Positions 25,040-34,828 of a stretch of DNA of 64,000 bases are shown piece after piece. The DNA lies in NCBI GenBank assembly GCA_030704615.1, contig CM060731.1, forward strand, positions 68,324,001 through 68,388,000, written 5' to 3'. The number at the start of each line of letters is the position of its first letter. The stretch's first letter is position 1. Source of the DNA: Takakia lepidozioides (lineage: Eukaryota; Plantae; Bryophyta). The notes under the pieces were generated by a model that saw only the letters and a list, made by a program, of their open reading frames with translations, was not told the origin of the DNA and did no database searches. Made by a program: the position numbers and the translations under genes.

Positions 25040-25400
25040 AATAAAGGCATTGAATAAAGGATGGATGAATGTACTGTTGGATGATAAATAGATGGATGAG
25101 TGTGAAAAATGAATGTAGATGGATGAATGAGGGATGGATAAGAGTAAAATGGATGAATGTATAATGGATGTTGAGCAATGACAAAAATTCATGAAAGGAA
25201 GATGCATGACCAAAACTTTTGACGAATGCACAACGTATATGAAATGAGTGTGGAAGGTTTGTGGGGGGATTAAAGAGTACAGAGGATGAATGTACAATGG
25301 ATGTTGAACAAAGGAAAAAATTCATGAATGGAGCACGCATGAATACACTGTAGATGAATGCACAATGGATATGAGAAGAGTCAGGGAGGTTTGTGAGATG
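25040..25400. repeat. Low-complexity (ATGG/ATGA)-rich repeat region in the left arm of element C
   Basis: Recurrent atggatgaatg motifs, plus a longer duplicated unit (aaaattcatgaa..gaa..tgcatga). Confidence 0.6.
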
Positions 25401-25535
25401 GATTCATACATATTGTAATTTAAAAATGAAAGTTGATTCTGTGATTATTATTTGTTCTAAAGGAACAACTACGGTGGAGGAAGGGGATTCAACGTTTTCT
25501 AGATAGTATGAAAATGAATATTAAAAGAATATAGT

Positions 25536-28500
25536 TCAGTCTGACTCAGAGTCAGTACAATGTATCCCCACTTCCTCAGCATCTAAGTCTAAGTATTTTA
25601 GAACACCGGATCCACGCTGGATACACCTACGGCTGGGCAGTAAAGTCAGGGGATAGGGACTCGGCCGCGTGAAGTGTCGTTGCTTCGGCATAAACAGGAA
25701 GCAGAAAATTGGAAAGGGGCTGTTGAAAACAGACTCGCCAGAAATGACTGTATCTCCTGAAGATCCACCGCTGCCTTTCCTGAAAGACAGCCTGAAAAAG
25801 TTATTACTGTAACTTTGATGTTATTGAGAAATTGAGTATGGCTCCCAAAGAGGGTTTAGCACTTACTCACATGAAAAGTCGTTGTCGACTTGCTTATCTT
25901 CGGGATCGTCATCATTTCGAATTTGAATCCAATCAGTCTGTGTGCCTAAAGTGGAGCCAGACAAAAGGGGGAGGAGCACTGTGTTGTAGAGGTCAGAATC
26001 ACCCTCCATGCCAAAAAAGGCTTCTTCCGCCTGCCTTGCATGCATGGTAAGTTGCTCCTGCACCAGACATGAGGACATGAACAGTTTGGTGGGGGGGATT
26101 TAAGCAGATGAAACTGTTGAAAGAAAACCAATTCGGAAGGGAAAGAACGAACCTGTGGACACAGAAAGATCGACCACCCGTGCAGAGTGGTGGCTGCATG
26201 ACTCCAGCAGTATTTGCATGAACGCTGGGGACTTTTCCTTTGCACCTCTCCAGGGAGTGCCATCTGGTCTCTTCAGAGTCTCACTGGACTGCATGAAGTT
26301 GTACAAAATGTCATCGACATGGGGCTCATAGGGGGGGTTGACGAAACAACCCTGGTCAGAAATCTCAAAGCTGCGGATGGAGGATGGTGTCTTGGAGGTG
26401 CGAATCCTGCGCAGGCAAATCGCCTCGAACATCCTCGTCTGCCAAAGATAGCAGGTTAGTGTGGTTGACAGCAGCGCACTTTAGGGGGGGGGGGTTACAC
26501 AGCCCATCACAGTCCGACACAGCCCGTCACAGCCAACACAGGAAGTGTGTACATCGGCTATTCAGAACTCAGACACAAAAAAATCATTTTTATCACGAAT
26601 CGGTGATGATCGGTGTCGATCATAACAGATTCTACTAGAGTGGAGCTGCAAAGAACATTGAAACTCATCATGAAAGCACAAGTAGAAGGGAGACGGCATA
26701 CCAGCTGACCAGGGAAACCCCCTTTCACAAGGTAGAGGTGGTTCACACAATTCCATATGCGCAAAACTTCAAACCCTGAAGACTTGAGGTATGATGCCAA
26801 TGCTCGACGACTATCATTGTCACATGACTGAAAAAGCAGAAGTGTCCCTGCATCAGAGAGGAAGTTATTACAGAACCCGAACACCCAACTCCAGTAGTTG
26901 TCCTCGAATTTGTTCCAGCCTGGCGTCTTGCCCTTTGGAAGAACTTCTGGCACAGCCTGGCCATCCGGGATGTCGAGAATGACAATGTCGGCCGCATAAG
27001 TTTTCTGCACACCGCACACGAAGGTGGGACCTGTGCTCACCTGCAACAGACATGTTTTTTATAAGAACGATGGCAAGAATGTTTTCAAAGAACGAGACTG
27101 AAATTTTGCCAACGAAACTTTCAGAGAAAAAGGAAAGAAACTAGAATTCTCACCAGATTGAGGAATGAGATTATATTGTCCTAGGTAGGCGAAGGCACCC
27201 CAGTGTATCCTCTCTTTCAACTCTGCATCATCGACAGCCAACCCTCATTAACAATTTTTATCTCTCCTGCCGAATCAGAACGGGAAGGGTGTGGCTTGGC
27301 ATCGAACACGCACTGAACAGTGCGGGTATATCTTCCAGCAGTAAAGTCCTGCCCACTCTCCAACTCCTTTTCTTTCTCCTTCCCCTTGTCCTTTTCCTTC
27401 TCTTTGGACTTGTCTTTGTCCTTTGGCTTTGCTGGTGAGATGGCTATGACATCAACAACCTTGTCTTTTGGTTTGCGGCCCGCCTTCTTTCCCTTCTGCG
27501 GCGTTCCCTGAGCATCAGGCTCCTTGGCAGCCAATGTTGCTATGTTTCGTTGGTACTCTTCGTCAGTCAAAGGCGCCAACATCTCAGCGTTATTGTTCAA
27601 GTATTTCATATGTTGTTCTTGAAAAGTCGTGTGCTCCGGTGGGCAGTCAAGGTACCACCCACAGTCTCTGAAGTGAGAAGGACTCCAGTCCTTCAATATC
27701 CCTGCAATATACATGGTTGGATCGTTTGTAGGGTCCGACCACATGTCAAGATAGTCTGGAATTCCGCTCAGGTGATTTCCTTCCATAAGCACATATTTCG
27801 TGTACCTGAAAAAAATGAGATAAATCCCAACCCACCAAAGCGCTTAGTGAGTAAGATGCAAGTAGAACAGAATGAAAAAAACATAGAATGAAATGGCTCT
27901 GAGAACTGCTCCAAGGACCTTTCAGGACCACACGACTGCTCCAGATGTGAATGTTGTCAACGCCATTCAAAACATTCCATTCAATGATACTGTAAATACA
28001 CCCTAATCCAGGTGAATGCAAACTATCGTTTTGGAATGACACAGACATAGAAGTGAATGTCGTCAACGACATTCACTTTGGATTTGTGAATACACTCCTA
28101 ATCAAGCCTAATTATTCCTCAAATGAAGCAAAATCAAAGGATGGAAATCATAAACTCGAGTAAGGAACCCTCCCGGAAAACTCAATGCACATTCATAACG
28201 AACATATCACTGAGGACCTCACAACAACACTGTATGTGAATGACGTCAACGCCATTCACAAAAATACCAACAAAGAACCAATTACTTAGCTCCCAATCCA
28301 TGTAAATTCAAATTGTCGCTGGTGAATAATACAGACACAGAAGTGAATGTTGTCAACGACATTCACTTTGGATTTCTCATAACAAAGCTTATCAAGCCTC
28401 CAGATTCCTTGCAAGAGGCAAAAACAATGCAGAACAACTGAATGTCTGCATTGACATTCAGCAAAATGAAGTGAGGAACCCTCACTGTAAACTCTATGGA

Positions 28501-30426
28501 CATTACAAAAATTTACATAACTCTGAGGACCTCTCAACAACTCCGGATGTGAATGTCGTCAACACCATTCAAGGACATTATCAATTCTAATCAGGGACAC
28601 TATAATTACACCCTTAGATCCTAACCAGGTGAATTCATATACTCGCTTAAGAATGACTCAGACAAAGAAGTGAATGTCGTCAACGACATTCAATCTGGAT
28701 CTATGATTACAATCCTTATGAAGCCACATTTTTTCCCAAAAAAAGCAGTAGAGTTTCAAGTATGACATTGCACTTGTACACAACTCGCATCATGGCCCAC
28801 TCTCCTCCAACCTGACTGTCAAAGTCGTTGGACCGTAAAATGTTACCATCTTTGGAGAACTCCCGGAAAAAACAGTATCTCCAGGTGAGACCTCTCCACT
28901 TCCTTATGTATGCCTCCAATGACATTTGGGGAGGGGAAACAATCGAAATGTTCAGGTCCTTCAAAGTCTGATCCAGCACATGACAGCGCGCTTTTCGAGC
29001 TGCAAATTGTATATTTGTCAGAATTGCAAATAAGATACTCATCACATACTTGAAGAGAAGAAAACGGCATGTTTGAATACACACCTGACTCCAAAATGTA
29101 GCCTTGTGGAGCCAGTTATCAAACACCAAATCACTGATTCCTTCCACCTTTGTGCCAGGCTGTATGGTGCTCTTTGGGAACTGATTCAAGTCCTTTACTG
29201 TTTGATCTGAGTTCCATATCTCCAGCCACCTTATTTTTGTTTGTGGGTCGACCATCGATATGGCCAGCTGGTGCAATTTCTCCTGCTGCATCTCCGGATG
29301 CACATGCTTGTCATAGTGTGTTTTGATCTGCTGAAGGAACTCAGAACCAAGTCCAGGATCTACTATTCTAAGCTGCTTTCCGAAGGCGGACATCAATTTG
29401 GTTCTTCGCATTTCAAACTCCTTCTTTATTGCAGCTTCCACACCCTTTGATGTCCTTAGTTCCTCTGGTGTAGTGCGGTAATATTCGGATTTTCCCTTCT
29501 CAGCTGTCTCTGCCTGTTCTTGCTGCATTACTCCAGAAACGCCTCTCGTGTCAAAGAATACCAAGTGTCTGCAGCTCTTCCTGTTTCGCACTTCTTGATT
29601 ATATTGGGTGGGAGTACTGTCCAAAAATCATCCAGCTTCATCAGACCAATCCTCTGAATTCGGAATAGTGTGTGGACCAAGCTTGTTGTCACATGCGATT
29701 TCTCTGTCAATCTGCAAAAACATTGGAAACATTGCATTCCTTAACACTGTTTTTTGGGGATTAATAAGACAATACAGAGGGAATGAAATCTCCTGGATGA
29801 CTTACTTGTTCACATCGTGCATAGCTGTAAGAAGCCTAGCGATGTCGTTTCCAGGATCCAAAACCATTGCCTCCACAACAACATGCTTGTCTTTGTCTTT
29901 CGCATGGTGTTTCTGAATGTATCCCATCCATGCCAGCAATCGGTGGTTGCCGTCCCAGACGTAGAACATGTGGTTGCAGAATTGTTGGGTGTTCTTTCCC
30001 ATCATGAGCCCAACTCGAACTCCTCATTGGCATCTTCCAGCACTCATCCCAGTTATCACTGATCTCTGGAGACACTAATGTGTTTTTCCCATTTATATCC
30101 GTCAGTGACACATAAAAAACTTGTGCACCAAGTCCATATCCATGCACAAAATCACTCTCCAATTTTGTTATGTCATGGGAAAGAGGTGGACGCACAACAA
30201 GCATAGATATCATCCGGCACAGAGGGATGTCCAGACGCCCTCCAGATACGAGCATGTCCTTAATAACCTCCTGAGAGTTTACCTTCTGGAATGACATGAG
30301 TTCTTTCACCTTGTCAAGGTAGTGCACTTCAGATTCATCTGCTTCATCTGTATTCTTTGAGCTTTTTCCGGACTCGTCCCCATCTCCAGATCCTTTCCCC
30401 TCTGATCCTGTAGGCTTCGACCTCAT
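25536..30426 (-). pseudogene. Spliced gene: N-terminal ParB/Sulfiredoxin-like domain plus C-terminal beta-class N4-cytosine/N6-adenine DNA methyltransferase-like domain (a few frameshifts)
   Basis: FYVWDGNHRLLAW (DGNHR 29940-29954). MTase motifs in beta order: ADIVILDIPDG (motif IV position, DIPDG 26960-26974), FLSDAGTLLLF, then WRGAKEKSPAFMQILLESCSHHSARVVDLSVSTG|ATYHACKAGGRSLF-GMEGD (motifs X-I-II; compare HPTxKP..L...I..ss..gd.VLDPFxGSGTT..AA...GR..IG.E.D). GT-AG introns that restore frame: 29712-29805, 27806-28773, 26439-26701, 26058-26152; others less certain. Confidence 0.8.
27947..28693. repeat. Six copies of a 24-bp palindrome GTGAATGTCGT-CA-ACGACATTCAC in the long intron of the ParB-MTase gene
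   Basis: Copies start at 27947, 28053 (perfect arms), 28236, 28343, 28549 and 28670, two per ~300-bp higher-order unit. Confidence 0.92.
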
Positions 30427-30474
30427 AGTTTTCTACACGATGCCATTCAATTCTGACTGAGTAATTTGCAAATA

Positions 30475-31034
30475 GTGAACGGCGGTAACGACCATCACTC
30501 TGTCTCCAAGAAACTCACTATGAATGGTGTGAAACGATTCAGCACATCTACACAAGCAAAGCTGATCCTGCCGTATTCAAAACAAAAGCGAGAGCGATAG
30601 CGAACGGCGTTAACGACAATCACAAAGATAAGGACCTGCTGGATCGGTGTTGTGTAATGACATCTATGTGTAAGTGATTGGCGGCAATGACATTCAGTAT
30701 AGTTTAGGGTGGACAGTAAGTGCAGATTATTCAGATTGACTCCATTGTGATTACCGTTGCCAGCATGGGAAGAGGAAGAACTGCTTGAAAGGCAATCAGA
30801 CAGACTGTATGATCTGAACAACGATGATTGACGGTATGCCGACCCTCACTCTCTCTTCAAACACATAGGTACATAAATCTCACGAGGAGAATCGAATGGC
30901 GTTAACGACGCTCGCAATTCAGTAGACTTCAATCACATGTTCCTGCTAAAGAAGGGAAGAGGAAGGACTCCTTGAAAGGCAATCAAACATACTGTATGAT
31001 CTGAACAACAGTGAATGACAGTACCGATAGTCAC
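30475..31034. promoter_or_regulatory. Divergent intergenic region with ~5 degenerate copies of the same 24-bp palindrome
   Basis: GTGAACGGCGGTAACGACCATCAC (30475), GCGAACGGCGTTAACGACAATCAC (30600), ~30824, TCGAATGGCGTTAACGACGCTCGC (30892), GTGAATGACAGTACCGATAGTCAC (31011); a ~70-bp direct repeat at 30767 and 30954. A regulatory role is inferred. Confidence 0.55.
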
Positions 31035-31103
31035 CCACTCATTGTGCGGTAAACCCTTAGCAGAGGAGTAGCAAGCAAAACACCAAATCCAGTCCTTCCT
31101 ACT

Positions 31104-34100
31104 GTGGTTGGAGAAGCTGATGAAGAAGAGATTTGTAGTGTCATTCCAAAATTGCGGGCGATGGGAGGAATGGCTGGATTCAAAAGTGAGTTGCGGGGAA
31201 TTGATTGGGAATCTTTGAAGCAGGTGCTTGTGAATTTCTTGCCGTCGACTTTTGATGGCGATATCCTATTTGAGTTGCCTCCTCCTCCGCGAGTTGGAGG
31301 TGTAACAATCATGATGCATGGAATGGACAAGAAACACGACGGGCACCCGTGGTGCAGAACAAAAACATCCAATATTCAGAATGATGACAAGCTTGTTTTC
31401 AGGAGGACAGTTTGCAATGGACACCTTAGGTGTGATAATTTGAATTGCAGACACTTTCTTCAGTCTGGGGTTTATAATCAAAGCGAATGGGAGGGTCTGG
31501 CGGAAAATCCATTTCAGCCTGGGACTGCCCCTCCACCGGCAAACACTTTTGTCTGCAAATTCTGCAAACTTGTGCCATCCTGCTTGGCGCTCTGCGGAGT
31601 AAGAATGTACTATGTTGTCCACCGTTTGAAAACAATGACAAGAGCTTGTGTGCATTTTGGATTCCATAACCATCTTGTCTCGAAGGGGGATTACAGGGAG
31701 AGTGTTGAGACAGTATCGAGGTTGATTAAACAGGAGTTTGGGAGAAACCCATCCGCAACAACATCTGCAATTGCTCTTGGCGCAAGCAAGTCCTTCTTGG
31801 AAAGCCATATTTTGAGTGAAGGGGATTCTGTGGGGACTAAACTTGACGGTGCAGCATTGGACCTGGTCATGGATCATTTCTCCACTTTAAGTTCACCTAA
31901 CATTCAGCATCAGATCAATGCATTGAGAATGGGCTCTGGGATCAGAGGCTACATAGACAACATTTTGGAATTGAAACGAGTGAGCAAGTACGATTACATC
32001 CAGGACAATGTATTCCCAGGTCCAGGTGCCATCAAAGTTTTTCTTTTCAAAATGTCGATTGTTGGGGAGGGCAGTGGGGTTAGCCTCGTGAAGCGGATGC
32101 AGAAGACTGGGGACTTGCAGAACTATTTTCTTATGTTTGATCATGTGAAACGAGTGAAGGATTGGACAACAATGGCTTGTCATGTCTACGATCCAGTGTA
32201 CCAACGAGTTATGACAATTGCAGTTTGTGACATGCAATCCGAGGATACGGAGTTGGGGTTGTCTTGCAAGGGAAAAACCTGCCTCCTCCAGCATTTCAAT
32301 CTCCTGAAAGCTCAGATGTGTTCCCACCTTCACGGGCCAAACGGTTGGAGGAGATGGCTTCATCACTACGGAAGGACGCATAGTTCCATGCACACATCTG
32401 GCACAATCATCTGCGCAGAACCAGAACTTGTGGTTCTTGGCTTCTGGTTGACCGTATGGACCGTGAAAGTCGGAGCAGGAGTTCGGGCACCACCTCTGGA
32501 TATAGATGAAGTGCACTTCTTGAATTAGTTGCCCTGATCGCTGTACATTTCACACGAGACCCTACACTTGTGCGTTCTATGTGCCAAACGTGATCGGGGC
32601 ATGCGGACTCAAGCACATCAAGGGGGTTGTTTCTCTCCTGCACCATTTCCGTGGCACTGTTTGATGCTGGAGCTTGCCGTTGTGTTGGAGGTTCCGGACA
32701 TGGAGCTGTCATGGGGAACACGAGGCTTCGAGAAGTTATCACGGTCTGCCCTGTGGGAATCTGAATCCGAACCAGGTGGAGTGTTCAATTTCCTCTTACA
32801 GGAGCTGAATCTCTCCTCCCCTTCAAGATGTGGAACTCTAGAAACAAGTGGCGTTCCCTGGGCATACATGCTCACCGCCCGTGCTATCTTGATTGGATCC
32901 CCAGATCTGTTTGCAGCACGCAACATCAACTCCCATTTGTCCGGATCCTTGCCACCAACCCCACCTCGTAAGAAATCACGGTATCGGGTTTGTTGTTGCA
33001 AGGCATGTATCAAATCATCTGTTGTTGCCACATACAAATCCCGACCTCGTTTTCCAGACTGCTGCAACCATGCGTTGTGCACAGTTTCTGCCAAATTGCA
33101 AGATGGCATGTCCGCCATTTCCTCAATGGACATGTTTTGCAAAGTGCAGAACCACACTTCAAAACAGTGAACAGAAAACAACATAAAGAAAGCGAGGACA
33201 CAATAAAATGGAAAGCAAATGTATGAATAAAGCAATAAATATAAGCCTCGTACCAATGGCATGGCTGCTCCCCACTGTCTATACCGGAAGTGCCAAAACG
33301 CCAGCCAATCTTCCGATGCTCTCATACTCTCAAGTGATGCAGCTCCAGAAGAGAACCACCAGGCACGAATTGTCTGGAACAAAGTATTCGCCTCCTTCAT
33401 TGTTCTAGCATCTTTGTACTCTTTGCACAATTTACGGTGCTGAGTCTGCATCTCTGGTTTGATGTCCGACTTTGTATGTTTTTCCAGAGATTGTGTCCAA
33501 TGGAATAGACATGTACGCTCTCTTCCTGGCATAGGCACTTTTGGGTCGCCCGATTCGAAGACAATACGAGCAGCATTGAAATTTGCTTCAGCACTATCCG
33601 CCATGAAACCTGCAAAATTTGGAGATGGCAGCCCATGACACGTATCAGGGAATTCCACATGTCTAAGTAAGGAGGCAACCACACCTACCATGCTTTATAC
33701 TACCACTGACATTGTGTAATATATTGAGCTCTGTGCTACTACTTCTGCGTCCTCCCGGGTCCCCCCGACAAATCCTGACTTGTGGCCAACCAAACGAGAT
33801 GGAAAGCTCGTTCGGCGTTTCCCTCCAACCGCTGAACACTTTGGCAAAGTGGAGTCCGCAAGAATGCTCCAAGCTCGTGTTGGAAGCACCACAGAAGTAC
33901 CCAATCCAGGATATGGTCGGGTATTCACAATCATCACTTCCACATCTGCTGTTCATGACAGGACCTACGACATCACGGTTTCCAATTTCCCCAATTGCAC
34001 ATGTTCTAATTTTGTGAATATGCTATCAACCAGTTTGGGCAAGAGAGGTAAATTCATACCCTGCAATCATTTGTATTTCATATTTTTGAAGAGGATGGTT

Positions 34101-34193
34101 TGCGATCCCAAACGTGACAACTTCATTTACCAGGCCACTATGAGTTTCAATGAGGTCGATACTCTTTTGCAGCGGGATACAACACATGGGTAG
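31104..34193 (+). pseudogene. GCM-MULE-SWIM transposase of element C, broken by an internal inversion (~32250-33700)
   Basis: GCM-like DGHPWCRTKTSN..FRRTVCNGHLRCDNLNC..CKFC..C...HFGFHNH; first catalytic D in FDHVKR (+). FMADSAEANFNA..RTCLFHW and CNLAETVHN lie on the minus strand (32618-33691). SWIM YDITV..CTC...CNHL is on + (33960-34080). Confidence 0.85.
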
Positions 34194-34828
34194 CATCAAC
34201 TATGCAATGTGGTATGTGGACGACCATGATTTGAAATGTGTAATTCACATCAATTCGTCGGCGGTGCAATGATATGGCCTCCAACTATACGGAGTGAGCT
34301 CTGAGTGACAACTTTTAGGTAGTGCACATTTGTCATTGCACCGTTCGAAGTCTACATGTCTTGCTGTCGCTATGCACTACAATCATCTTTTGAAGATGAT
34401 CCTAACTCTCATTGTTATTTGAGGAGGGAGGAAGGTCTTCCCGTGGCAGCCTTTATGGCGCACACTTTGTGAGGATATTTTTTCGTCCTCGTAATTGTAA
34501 AAGTGAAACAAGCATTTGTAATTGTACAATGTTGGATGCTGCAATTGTAGGCCTCAACGCTCATCTTGATTCTATTTAGGCAAGATTCCTTGCATTAATT
34601 CCACGGTCATAGGACCATCCACGGTTATAGGCGGCGCATGTTAATGCTGACGTGGCAGATGACGGAGAGTGCCACGTCATCATTTACCGCCACATCAGCA
34701 TGCTGACATGACGCTCACGCCACGTCAGCGTGTGTGCAGGCTCACGCCACGTCAGCTGGCGTGAGCGTACGCTCACGCCACGTCACTCCTGCGTGAGCGT
34801 ACGCTCGCGCGCTCACGCCATTGCGTCG

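Larger units (their letters stand above)
24847..34828. mobile_element. Mutator-like (MULE) DNA transposon C, ~10 kb, carrying a ParB-methyltransferase cargo gene
   Basis: Flanked by the direct repeat TTGCATGCATTCCA (24833-24846 and 34829-34842), which cleanly splits the RT of element A. Short imperfect TIRs around GGCGTGAGC; subterminal GCTCACGCCACGTCA repeats at both ends; MULE transposase inside. Confidence 0.88.

Noticed and set aside
27947-28693. CRISPR array (palindromic repeats with spacers)
   Set aside because: Spacers are 80-180 bp, alternate in length and are homologous to each other; there are no cas genes, and the array lies in a spliceosomal intron.
25536-30426. Bacterial contamination or chimeric assembly as the source of the ParB-MTase
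   Set aside because: The gene has several frame-restoring GT-AG introns and lies inside a TSD-bounded element within a plant retrotransposon.
31104-34193. KDZ/Zisupton transposase (suggested by the SWIM domain)
   Set aside because: The D..D-CxxH..E spacing (FMADS..RTCLFHW..NLAE) fits MULE, and no KDZ CxC signature was seen.
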